From assembly GCF_000150275.1 (NCBI RefSeq), contig NW_002060943.1, forward strand, positions 6,440,299 to 6,504,298: a DNA stretch of 64,000 nucleotides, written 5' to 3'. Below are positions 14,201-34,200 of this stretch, one piece after another (within the stretch, counting starts at the first letter, position 1; every line of letters starts with the position of its first letter). The position numbers were made by a program, and so were the translations under genes. This DNA is from Trichoplax adhaerens. Taxonomy: Eukaryota; Animalia; Placozoa. Under the pieces are notes generated by a model. The model worked only from the letters and a program-made list of their open reading frames with translations. It had not been told where the DNA came from and did not search any database.

Positions 14201-14924
14201 ATAGTTTGTCGCTAAAAGCAAGAAATTCAATTATTATTGTGAAAATAGGTAATACAATTGTAGTAAAGTCAATTATTAAATATAAAGTTCGGCCTAATAT
14301 TGAAAGCTGCTTCAATTTTGGAATCATGATCAAAATTTTGCATTAAATGATAAATCATTAACAGTTACAGAAAGAAAGCCAATACTTCAACTAACATAGC
14401 TTCATTTTACAAGTATTTCTTGAATCTTTGGGAGTATGGCAATAAAGAGTTTCACTGAAATTTTATTAGTAACGCAGCCTCTAATTGATCAAACATTATT
14501 ATAGTATTACAGAAGGGGTCAGTACGTTCCCACCTATATAATCTGCCAGTAAAATCTATTTTCTGAGCAAAGAGTCTCAATTTTGAAGTTCAATATAATA
14601 GAATCAAGGATTAGTTATAATCTTAAACCTCATTAAAAGTTATTTACACTACCGCTGGCCATAAGGTTGAAAAGCTGGTGAATTTATCTTATATCCTAAT
14701 TGAAGAATTGCGTGAACTATTCTCTAAAGCAGTCATAAAGTCTTTCACGAAATGGCTATGTTTTATATCATTCTTTACCTTTTTATAATTAACGCCAATA
14801 TGTCTATGTATGATGTTGCTCTATGATGAAACCAGGGGTTTGTGTCCAGGTAAATTTGTCCATTTAGCCAATATATTTTAATTATCAAACTTTCTTTAAC
14901 AGTAAATAATTCTACCATAATAAC

Positions 14925-15442
14925 TCAATGCTTTTCTCAGACAAGAATATTAAAGTCAGTGGTGAATACGTCAGCCTAAAAAATAAAAAATATAATGTTG
15001 TAACTTTTGACGTAACTTGATGTCTAATTAGTTGATTTAGGGATAGTTATTATTAGCCTGCCTTTAAAACTTAAACTACGAAATAATCACACATATTTAA
15101 TGATTTTTCTTAGACTAGAATATTAAAGGTAGTGGTAAACACGTCAGACTAAAGTATAATAGTTTTCTTGTTGCAGCTTTTGACGTAATTCAATGTCTAA
15201 ATAGTTGATTTAGGGGCAGTTATTATGAGCCTGCCTTTGAAAATTAAGCTATAAAATAATCAAATACGTTTAATGTTTTTCCTGGGTAAGAATATTAATG
15301 CTAGAAGGAAACACGTGAGACCATAGTATAATAATTTAATGTCGCAACTTTTAACGTAATTTGATATCTAATAGGTTGATTTAGGGATAATTACTATTAA
15401 CCTGCCGTTGAAAACTAAGCTAAGAAATAATCAAGCATATTT
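14925..15442. repeat. Diverged tandem array, 3 copies of ~172 bp
   Basis: agaatattaa...acgt(c/g)ag...ttt(g/a)acgtaa...gttgatttaggg...cctgcc...aaataatca recurs with anchors at ~14960, ~15132 and ~15304. Confidence 0.9.
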
Positions 15443-18400
15443 TTAATTACGCATCAGGATAAAAGCCGTGCTAAATAACCGAGTATAATTTGTTAAGGAT
15501 AACACCTTCGGTAACTCCTTTGGTTGAAATCACACTTAATAGCCCCATCAAATAGTTTAAAATGAAACAGCTTTGAAGCGAAGACGATCATGAACGATAT
15601 TGGATGTATCTAGAGTTTACCCATCCAAAATATTTCCAAATGAGCGAAATTACTAAAGGTATACAGTTCCTTGGTTACAAGGCCTGGCAAAATTGCCATA
15701 ATGGCTTTCTATGTTATTAATTCATATTTTTAGACGAAAAATATTTCCGACATAAGCCGTCAACGCCTACTATTATTATAAATTATTACAATGTTTAATA
15801 CCCTTGTTAGTTTTCAATCATAAAAATTTTCATTATTGGCATTTATTGGTTTACCAGCAATTATTCATTTTATGGTATGATTTTATTGTGTAAGTAAAAA
15901 ATGTCCGGAAAAATCATTGAGAATATTAATTAGCCATTATTGCACCTTATGAATAGTATCACTATTCTAGCCTGATTGTCTTTGCTAATGAAAGTATGCT
16001 AATTGATCTATTTTATTGAAACTTGCATAGAATTTCGAATAATATGTCAGTTTTATGCATTTAATTTTAGCACCATGAGTTCGTGATGGAATCATTATCA
16101 TAGAAATTGGTCAGATTCCAGAGATAGAAAAATACATAAAATGTTGTATTGGTATTCAATCTGACTCATGAATTTTTCATCCTTAAGTAAATATTTTAAT
16201 AGAGATAAAAGCATTCCTTGATTAACACCTGTAACTAGCCGCACTAGAGCAGATGGAACTGTGATATTAGGCACTACTAGGAAATAGAAGGGTTATGTTA
16301 CTAATAAGGTAACAACCTACCAATCTTTCTAATTGGAGAATAAATATGTTGAAAATTTTTACATCTGGGTGAAACTCTTTGTACCTTAAGATGAAACATT
16401 TAATCTTGAATAAACAAGTTATTTTAAAACATTCCACACGATTATAAATCTAGGCGTTTCAAAGTTATTCCAGAATATAGATTCTTTAATCTTGGGGCCA
16501 ACTACTTTAACCTTATGATTAAGGCTTGCATATGGCTAACAAGAATCATGCAATAATTGTACCTTAAGAATCATGTATCGTTTCATGGCCAAGTAGAGAG
16601 CTACAGTAAAGCTATAAATGAAAACAAACTGCCATATTCTGTAATATCGTAGGGTAACTGCGTCATTATTAGTTGTATCTTATTTCGCCGTTGGAATAGC
16701 TATCTAAACAAGAATAAATTTCGCAGGAAACAATCGGAGTTTATATCCTTCGACGTATAGAAGTGAGCATCTATCCATCTATCTACACCATCAGACTAAT
16801 AAGATATTAATAGAATACTGTACAATAAACTATAGGAGGTCAATAAAAGAAAGGTTACAGTACTTTAATAATCAATCTCTATCATAAATTTTTATGATTT
16901 ATGTGGTTAAGACTTTATGAAAAATAGATCAACATGGATTAGAATAATTGTAAAACTTAAACTGTTTCTGCTACAACCTACGCAGTAGAAAACATATCAG
17001 CGGTACAAAAAATTTACTGAATGAAATGTTTGAATTAAACTTCAATAGTAGCTCCTCAAAATGATCCCAGTTGAAGTTTTTAAGCTACAGCAGCAAAGAG
17101 ACTTTGCGTTTAATTACTGAATCGTAGCCATTGTCTTTCATTATTACGATTGTCAAATGTAAGTACAAATACGCAGACATCAAGTCAAAATTAAATATAA
17201 TAGTCAACTAGAAATTTTACTTTCTATTGCAACTTCGATCAAATATAGTTTTTGAGTAGCTAACTGATCGCTAATAATTTAGATTGCTGGAAAGTAATTA
17301 AATCGAGGCAATTGAAATCGAATACAATCAATTTTAGCCTCGCTGTAAAATTGCTATAAGCTAGCTATCAAGGATAGAAGTTTATAAATGGCAGCAGTAA
17401 AATGGAAAAAATTGGTTACAGTTGACATTAAATCTATTTACATAAGTAATGTTTTTAGTTCAATTAAATATCGTTTTTAGAATATGTCAAGAATTTTCAA
17501 GTGATATCTAATCACTATTATGCTTCTATGCCGTTGTTGATTCCCTAGTCATTTATTCTATTCTAATAAAGAAAATAATTTCTAAAGTTTTGTAAAAGTA
17601 TTTAAAATATTTTTGAATATTCCAGCCCCTTTTTCCTCTTGTAATAGGCTTGCAGCCTAACTTGAAACATACCACTTTGTTTACCAGCTTTTCATACTAT
17701 TTCTAAAATACCATTTCATGATCGACTTCCGTTCCATACTTTTACATTCTACTCAATATAATAAAAAGAAGTGCTATTTCCCAGCTCAATTTTGTCGTCA
17801 TCAATAAAGACGCTATTATATATTACTTGGATAGAATTGTTTTTGTTCATTACAGTATCAACTTTCAATAACTGTCTACGACAATAATCATCATTGCTAA
17901 TATGAATGTAAAATCAGTCAAAATGTATTTTCTATTGATTACAGCTGCATGCCAACCTAACAGCTGTATTTACAAATTGGTGTGTTGTCTCTATTGATAA
18001 TTTCTTTCGCACTCATTATAACTAAAGGATTAGCGATCAATGGATGATATAATGTGTATGAATTTACAGCAAACATTAGATCATAGTCTATCCTATTTGA
18101 ACATTTGATAAAAAAAGCTGTTATCATGAACAATGCCAATTGTTGCTAACATTATTTAATCTATTATTTCACGGTCATCGACCTAAAGGAAATTATACAC
18201 TATATCAAATTCATTTTGACCATAGTTGTGAATTGATAAAGGACAAATGACCATTGATAGCATTTTTCTCTATTATACGAGTAAGATGTTTGCCAAAAAA
18301 GAATTGAATAGATACTTTACTACTAATATAATTTAATTTTAACGGTGGTACAGATAAGATGAATAACAAGATACACTTATATCACCATCTTATTAGCTTA

Positions 18401-21400
18401 AATGAAGAACCTGATCCTTTCTGTTTATTCCTGATATGATTTCTAATGTTATTCGTTAACAGAAGCTGATGAATAAGAAGTCGTTGTAGTCGGTAATAAA
18501 ACTTTTAAAATTAGGACATAAAATACGATGATTCACTGAAAGTTCTGAGTATCTGTCCATTTTATTAAAATGGATTCTAATTTACTAATGTAAATATCAA
18601 TCATATTACGTGACATTAGTGAAGTAAATAATTGTTTGTATTGTAATAAAGATATAGTGTGGATCTTTATTTCGCTTTTGTCGTTTGATTAGTAGTATAA
18701 CAAAGAGTTCATGAAAAAATATAGCTCTATAATAAACATAGCAAAAATGCTACAGATTTATCAGTGAGATGAAACTTTGAACATTTCTTCTATCCTTAGA
18801 AATATTGATCTATTACTGTTAGCAGCGTAACATTATTATTACATGATATCCATTGAATCGAAGTAAATCAGAAAATATAGTTGATATTTACAGTTATAGC
18901 TTCTTCAAATCAACCCATTTCAATACATATCTAGCTATAAATTGTGCTTACTCGAAGGTTAGCAAGAGTAATTGATTGATTAATGTTTATTAGTAGGTTG
19001 GTCACCTTAAAACTCTTTACGTAATATATTAAATAAACGCTTATTAATCAATAATTAATACTTTGAGCATTTAGATAGCCCCATGATGAAGGGGATTTAT
19101 TTTGTATTCCAGAATTATAGTCAGATACATATCACTTGTATTCTAGTATAAATTTTTTCAGAATTTACTTTGCTTGCTATCGTTTTCTGATAACTATTAT
19201 TAACTTTTACGCAAATTTGAGATAGATAACATTGGGGACAGAGAAAATACCCTCAATCTTACGAATAGGACTTGAAATTTATCTATTGTAGTGGTTACCG
19301 TAGGATATTTTCTATGAATAGATTTTCTTTATAATGTCTAAATTAATATCATTTTCCGTCCTATGCACATTGTGAAACTTTACGATTAGCAATTTTATAT
19401 TAATACCGGTAGAAAATTGTTGCTACTGAATCATCTAATAGGAAATGCTAAGTTGAATTTAGTATTTGAATTATTCTTTACTATTTTTTCTTATTGTAAT
19501 AATCTATTATAAAAAATTTCACGATAGAAGGGAAATTTACCGTATACCGCCATAGCGAGCGAATTAATTGCAAAGTGTATCTCAAAGCAAACGCAGCGAA
19601 TTAGAAATACGCAGCCGGATTTATATTGCTATCAAACTCTATATCTCAGCTATTTTTCTCAGGCTGTGTTTAACTCTATTCGATCCCATTAAGTTTGATA
19701 TCTCATCTGTTTCATATAAGGAAATATTAGATTCCATGTTAGAGTTGATCTATCCTTTATTTCAATCAGCAGACATAAATCTAAAGTAAACAAAAACGTC
19801 CGTAAAAACGGCGAAAAAACCGTTATGTTACGGATAGTTGGACAGATGGAGGATGGAACCAAGCAATAGGATTTCATTAAATAAATACGTAGGTCGATGC
19901 TCGCAATGGGAGAAGATATGGGAGAAGATGCTTATTCTAAAAGGCGGAAGAATGGATCCTTAGCTCATTTTTATGGAACTGAAGTACAATTTGGCTTTAT
20001 ACAGTAGTAAATAGAAAGTATATTGTACTGTGGGAATATTACTGCAAGAGTAATTACGGAAAGAAATTATGGCTTTGTTGTTGCCTACTGTAGATTGATA
20101 ATTGTCTATTGCTTGCGGAAAAAGTAGTTACAATGTTGTTTTGATATTATTGATTTTTGAGGATGTTATTGCAATAATATATAATAAAATGATATAATAG
20201 TTAGCCTTCTGAAGATAGCATATGATACCCAATAGTAGGTTATGCGTATTTTATTAAATTACTACGAATACTATGGGATTGGATGCTAAATGAAATTCTA
20301 GCACATGATTAAGTAATCAGTATCTCAATGATTGACTATGTAAACAACATTAATACCCTCTATCGAAAGTCTTCCTAACGAAGTTTGATGAATTGATGCG
20401 ATAGCATTTCGTTTGCAGGAATTGATGGAGATGCGCTAAATAGCAGTAGCTCATAATCTTTAACTAGATGGCCTATATGTGACTATCTTTATTTTTTATT
20501 TGAGGCTTTTTTTAATTTAGGATCGACGGCAAAATCAATCGATTGATTCATAAACAATGATTATTGAACTATAATATCATTGAGTGCTTAATTTTTTTAC
20601 CATTTTCGTAAGTCACATTTAATGACCTTAGTCAGGTGATTATGTTATTGTCAATAATGATATTTAAAAAATGTATAGTCAGTGATAGTAGACTCGAATA
20701 TCAGCACAATAGCGTCAAAACTGGGAATATTACGCAAAATATATTTTAATTTGATCATTGACCATTTTAAAATATTCCATAATATCAACATTACTATACA
20801 GTTTGATCAATATATTACTTGCAACTAATTGTGGTGATCTAAGCTGCAATCGAAGCTTCTGCTGCTTGAATTTAATGCTAATAACATGCAAGTGTTGTTC
20901 TGTTTCCTTCATCACTCGCTTATTACCTTTGACGAATCAATGCCACTCATTTAATGTCAGAAAGTGGCCTAACAAGAGGTGCTACTTCATTAGCATGATG
21001 AATATTATCTTGTGCAATCTTATCTACGCCTCCCATAGTCATTGCCACTCATTAAGTGGACTAGTTCAATTTTGCAACAATTGAATGCATGGTATTTAAG
21101 TAGAGTATAACTCTGATCGATATGGAGTTTTCAGAGTTGAAAAATTGGTTTAGCTCATTTCTCTAAGCTCCTTTAGATCGATTTGCTTCGTTATTTATTT
21201 TCTCTATAATTTGATGCCGTCTATAGTACACACTATTATAACATCCATGGTTACTTTTATTATGGTAGGGGTAGAATATCAGCGACCAAGTCTGCAATGA
21301 TCACCCAATTCGTAGCATACCGTACCCTATCGTTTTGAAATGATCGATGATTTATGCATTCTTCCAGCATTCTCAATCCATTCCTAGTGTTTCATTGCCA

Positions 21401-21543
21401 TCAATCTCTCTACTGTCACTCGATGTACCTTGATTGACTAAGATGAAGTAACTAAAATGTGATTTCTACTTCATCCAAGTATGTACTTTACACCCCGCTG
21501 TAAACTATCATGAAGTGACTATCAAGTGATTTACAGTATCGTG

Positions 21544-22180
21544 CTCTCTCTCTCTCTCTACCTAAACACCCTTTCCATTGATTTCGACTTTGCAACTTCT
21601 CCTGTCTGTTTTCCTCCTTACTTACTACCTATTCAATCAAAATCTTTCTGGATTGAATAGAAAGAATTCAAATCCATCAGTTGTTTTAATATTTGATATT
21701 ACGCCATCATCATTCATTGATTGAGACTGTATTTTAATTAAGGAATCGACTGTCATTGTCAGTCAAGAATAACTTGTGATTTATGACCACGTGAGGCGTG
21801 GCCAAGTCTATGATTGGCTTACAATAGGAGTTGGCATTCAAATCAAGCTAGCGTCAGACGTTGTCGTTCCCACGGTCCATTACAACAAATTAATATACAA
21901 ATGGACATCGGCAGCAAAATCCATCAACATTGTATCCATTTTATATAGTCAATATTTTCTATTCTTTTCATTTAGTTCAACTTTATCCATGGTGTATAAC
22001 AGTAGAGTGATTGCAATAGTACGCATCATTTGCTTTTTCGAGCATTCCATTTGATTGAGCTATATAGATAAAATACATATATATATATTCCAACATTACA
22101 CCTGATGAAGAATTAGTTCGACCCTCGCTATCATTGACTCATCTTGGATATTGATTACATCACTATTCTTCATCGATAAG
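21544..22180 (+). other. Putative non-coding 5' exon / promoter region of Su(H), beginning near a (CT)8 tract
   Basis: (CT)8 at 21544-21559, pyrimidine-rich start and a strong donor AAG|GTAAGG at 22180/22181, ~2.5 kb upstream of the first coding exon. No transcript evidence is available. Confidence 0.35.
21867..21874 (-). promoter_or_regulatory. Canonical CSL/Su(H) binding site CGTGGGAA
   Basis: TTCCCACG on the + strand. A second site, TGTGGGAA, is at 20029-20036 and a CACGTG E-box at 21788-21793. Motif match only. Confidence 0.35.
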
Positions 22181-24711
22181 GTAAGGAAACGTAGAGCTAA
22201 TATTCCCTTATTTGAACAATTTATCATGGAGAGAGAAGAGTACGGAAATGGAGGATAGCATAGATTGATGATAAGCTAGGATAAATAGATTGTAGGCCAT
22301 CATTAAGTCCATAGTGCATACTTGGGGCCGTTGCTATTTCCTAGACGATACGATAGTACCGTCTAGCGCTCATTCGATTAACGTATGATTGACTTGAACG
22401 AGGGTAACGACCATAGTCTAAGAGATAATTAAATTAAGGTCATTGAAAATTATTTTTTAACCGCTACTATTTAATATCCATGTTGTTTAGCATCATTTTA
22501 TATTCATACTATAAAATTATCATTTTCTCACTTCAATCAGTTGAAAGAGTAGACAATTCGATAGATTTAGTCCATGTCGATATCGCCAAATAGAACGATG
22601 GAAGTCAAGTTTTTCCTCATATACTCTTCTCCTATCCACTACTTGAGTAGACATCGACTGTAACTTTTTAATGTCATATAGAATTTAAAATAGAAGTAAT
22701 CATTTACTGCTATTATCTCGTCATAAAACTGATTTGATAATGTCTTAATTAACATTAAAGTAAAAACGGACTAATAAGATAAACTGCTTCCAAAAAAAAT
22801 TGAACTGGTTATTTGAGTTTTTCCTTCTTCTCTTACTCTAATTGACTTTGATTAAAATTATCCCTTTGGGCAATAATTATATTATAACTTCTACAATGTT
22901 ATATAACATCATAATGGCTATGTCAAGATGGCAAAAGTCGATAGCGTTGAAAGCCAATAAGACAATTTACAAAATATTGATCAACTTCTGCGATACAACC
23001 CTATCATAACTTGAATAGCATGTTATCAATGCTTGCTATGTTGTATATTGTTCACCGCCTTGATCATAGACATCTTTTTTTCTATCTGTTCTATTAATTT
23101 AAATAGGATTAAAACAGTTTATTTCCTCATTGGTTTAGATATAAAAATAAAAATAGCTATAATAAAGAATAGAGATAAAATGTCAATTTCGATCTTATAT
23201 TTAGACTTACTGCTAGTAAAAACAACATCAATTTGATTACTGACTAATTAATTAACTCAATGTGTTGGCAAGGATTATCATGTTCATACAAATTGTAATA
23301 TTGAATTGGCCTACTCAATCAATCGTTTTCTTTCCAATCGACGTGGAGTGATATCTCTTACTCTATCTTCGATGATAATTGAAAATAAGATCATAGACAT
23401 TCAAGACATTCAAATTTACATCATATCCGCTAAACTTGATATCAATTCATAGTTACCGGTAATCTATCATCTCACTGGGATGATTTCAATGCGATCGATG
23501 TTATAAATTGTTCTACTTTAATTTCAATTTTCTATATTGTGGTTAGAAAAATAAACACATTAGAAAAAAATAATTTTGATATGCTAATTTTATTTTGACA
23601 ACCATGTTCTATACCCTCCAGACAAATATGGACCAACGTCTATTTCATTCGTACAGAGCAATTACAATCCAATCGAATTGCTTTTAAAGTTGCATCAAGT
23701 CAATATGATAATTCTATCATGACTAGTTATAAAATAATCCATATTCGATTTGACATTTACTCTTATCCTGACAGGCGGTGCTTGTCGTCATAGCTTACGT
23801 ATATTTTTTTATTAATCAATTTTCAAATACGTTAATATTTATTTGCCAAAGGATTAAAAAATCATTTTTTAATCTATTAGTTAAGAAACACGCTTATCCT
23901 TATTTTTTTCGACGTATTTATTAACTCTATTGTTGGCAAATTTGAATTTAGCTTACATCAATAAAAATCGATGCTTACATTGATAGTTTACAACGTATTC
24001 ATGGATAGCTATGTAGATTGAAAGTGAGACGATGACTGTCGTTGGAATACAAAGTGAGAGAATTTTTTTACAATAGTAAGCGTATTTACATCATTCTAGA
24101 TATAATAAATGCTATTGGTACTATCCGATGATGGACGAAAGTATTTATATTAATTTCATCTTGTTCCTTTTTATCTGCTGTATTATACTAATCAATCTGA
24201 CGGACAACTGTTGTATATCAATAAAATGAAACCTATTAAACAGTCGAGCAATTGACAATATCGACGACTGAGGAGAGATTAATCAACTAAATTCAACGAT
24301 TGCATCGGCGGCAGTGTTGCTTAGTTACTGTTCTTTCCATTCGAATAGTTTTAAAGGTTTCGTTATCGTTAATTTTTGTTCTTTTTTGTCACATCTTGAT
24401 GCCATATCCTGTCCACTACAGACTAGACGAGAAGTCGAGACCACTTCCACAATAAATTGGACAATAACAAATAAAGAGCTTTTTCTATTTAATGTAGAAT
24501 ATTAAATATTGAAATGTAATAGGCCTATCGATTGCTTTAAATAGTTCCAACCGATTATAATATTATCCATTTAGACAAGTTCTAAGTTCAGTCATTGCAT
24601 TTTTCTAATTATCTTATCTCGACCTGAATTTAAGATTGATTCAAACTGGATTCGTCTCAAGTTGCTACTTCTTACTACGTTAACTCGTCGGCCTTACCTT
24701 TTACGGGCGTC

Positions 24712-31232
<6,521 letters not shown>

Positions 31233-34200
31233 TTGCGTGCTAAAGCATGAACCTATTAAATCTATACTACAGTACTACGGTGAGTTACTAATATTAAGTT
31301 GCTATTTATTCATTTTTTGCAATAAATAAGTATATTGCTATCTCAGTGCATATTTCTAAACTTCCTCCAGCTAATCAATAATTTTTTATTTTTTCTTAGA
31401 TCTCCGTTGATTGAAGATGAGCATTCATTACATTATATCCAATAGTCAGCGTATAATTAAACAGTATATAATTTATCTCTCTCTCACTTTCTTTGCGCCC
31501 TTATTCGTACGTGATTGAATATTAAAATAATTCTGTTTTAAATTAATAAGAACTCAGTCACATACAAATTATAATACTGGCGTTCTATCTAAATGCATGA
31601 AATTCATTTTTCTTCCTTATTAAGCTATCAATTTAATAGACCAGACTAATCATATCCGTTGTTAATGTAAATAATAGCCTATGAATTCGAATCACAAGCT
31701 ACCAATTACGTTAAAAATGCTGAGTTTAATGAATTCAGGTAGAAATAATATCACTGTGTGATTGCTACAATTTGAAATATTCCTGGTATTTCTTGGGTAG
31801 CGATAACAACTCAAAGCATGATTGATTGATAATTTAACAAATGATTTAATTCTTCCAATAAGATTTATCCGCTCAAAAGGTCGCCTGTGTGCTTTTAATA
31901 AATAATTAGTTTATGGAAGTATCTGTAACTAAAATTTTGAAACCAATTTACGATGTAATACAACAAATGTAAAAAATTTTATTAATTGATCTGTTCATTA
32001 AAGGCTATTTAATGTTATAAGATTAATATTCATTATGATTCATCTACTTGCAATGTATCTTATGTATTATATATATATCATACAAATTTCGAAATGAATT
32101 TCGATCATATTGATATATTAAACAGCGTATGTAATAATAATAGCCAGATTGATAAAGTCATTTCATATACTTTCCACTAATAATGGCGTAAAGAAGTTAA
32201 ACTTTACACTACCTAATCATTTTTAATACTTCAATTGCCTAAAGTTATTGAATACTACTCTGACTATATTATTTAAATTGAATCTATATTATATCACCAT
32301 TTGTTGTATGGCTAATTAGCTAGTAAAAGTCGATAAAAATTATATTTCATTCTGAAAGACTTATATTAGTCTTTTTAATGCGTCGATTTTCTGTAGATAA
32401 AAGATTGTCTGGATAAAAATTAAAAGCTTGCATTCATTTCATTTCGTGATCTTAAAATTTCCTGCTTTCATTATATTTGAATATCCACCTACCTTACACC
32501 TATATCCATATCTATAGATGTATACCTGTATAATATCCGGTATTGTATATATACTTACAGTGTTAAAGACATAAAAATTTAAGCAAACAGATACCACAAT
32601 ATGATACGGTAGAAAGACAAACAATAGTGACCTCATAAAAATTTGGCAGAATTTTTTGGCAATCTTGATTGATTAGAATAATTTTCGTTTAGATCTGTTA
32701 AGGCATTAATAAAACTATAGAAGATAAATGCATACTTTCATTTTTGTAACCAAGATTCATTATGATAATTTTACGATTGATCATCTCGCCAAATATTCTA
32801 TTCTGAAATCTCGTTATCAGATCATATTTTAAGGACTCAAAATGATTGTCTCAGCTTGTGGCCTCGCATGATATACTATTCATCACAGAATTCTAACTAT
32901 AAAATTACTATTAAATAAAGTAAATATGATAATGCAAGAATTTCAGACATATGATTGCTTTATATAAAATGCCGTAATTAACGAAGTTAACTTTAGCAAG
33001 TAAACTGTGACTGCCTTACAATATCGTCTAATTGTCTGTAGAAGACTTGATAAATATTACTACGTGTAATTTTCATTCATACTTTCTCTGCTATGCTTAA
33101 GCGAGTAAACTAAGAACTGACTTCTTCACGATTATTGTATGGCTTGGCTTATTAAACCTATAGGTTCTATAATATGATAAAGCAAATTTTAGCTGTTTAA
33201 TATTAAATCTATAACTTGGTATATTTCAGTCATTTTTTTAAAACACATTTATATTAATTTATTGCTTGCTTATAATTTCAGAATTTGACTTATGAAAAAT
33301 CATGAGTACAGTCATTATAGATTAGGGATAGATCTTAATATATTCTGCCATATATCATGACGTTAATCCGGTTCTTAGAACTAGGTAAGGTATTGTTTTT
33401 TGGCAATAGTATCAATGACATTTGCGGCATAATAAAGATCGATACGTACACTTATAAACATTATAAATGTAAAATAATTGGCGTCGCTTTTAAAATTACT
33501 ACCTTTAACTAACCTAAATTTCTTACAAAGCTAATAAAATATAAGGTGTTAAATCATTTAATATTTTGATTGTGTTAAGAATGTCTCTAAGATTCATCTG
33601 CAATTCTGCATGTTCACACATGTACGGTGCATTGGTCAGCATTAGGGGCGGATACGCAAATTACATTCATAACATTTTTTCATTTTTTGAAATAGTAAAT
33701 ACTATAAAAGTCAATTAATTAATTTACTATTCAGAATTCGTACTTTTATTTTATTGTTCTCTTCTGTCATTTCAATATTTCGCGTTAATCAATATGACAT
33801 AATTAAATTCGTTAACGTGCTTGATAGTCTACTTTACCGTCATGTGAGAGACTATCTGTGAACTACGCATGGATCTAATGAAATGATATGTAGATCTATA
33901 CTTTTTGCATATATTAGTTTCAACTGGTTTACTAACTAGTAATCTGTTAAAATTTTAATTTACAATGATGCAGTCTATTCCAAATTAAAAATGCTTAATT
34001 TGAACTGTCTATTTGTGATTGTAGGTTCATAATAATATTTACAGTATGAGATTAGCCATTGTCAAAATCATACCCGTGTATACAGTGAGTATGTGATCTA
34101 CTGCATACAAATTGTTCGATCGCATTAATCATATCCTGTCATATGGTTTGCTATTACGGTATAGTGCAGGATAGATGGGACTTTGATCGAAAATTAATTA

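Noticed and set aside
14925-15442. CRISPR-like interpretation of the regularly spaced repeats (also 63130-63890)
   Set aside because: Whole units are homologous with no unique spacers, there are no cas genes, and the context is eukaryotic.
8061-23236. Numerous 60-108-aa ORFs in the intergenic region
   Set aside because: Ile/Leu/Phe/Tyr-rich translations typical of random AT-rich DNA, many with non-ATG starts, and no domains or exon chains.
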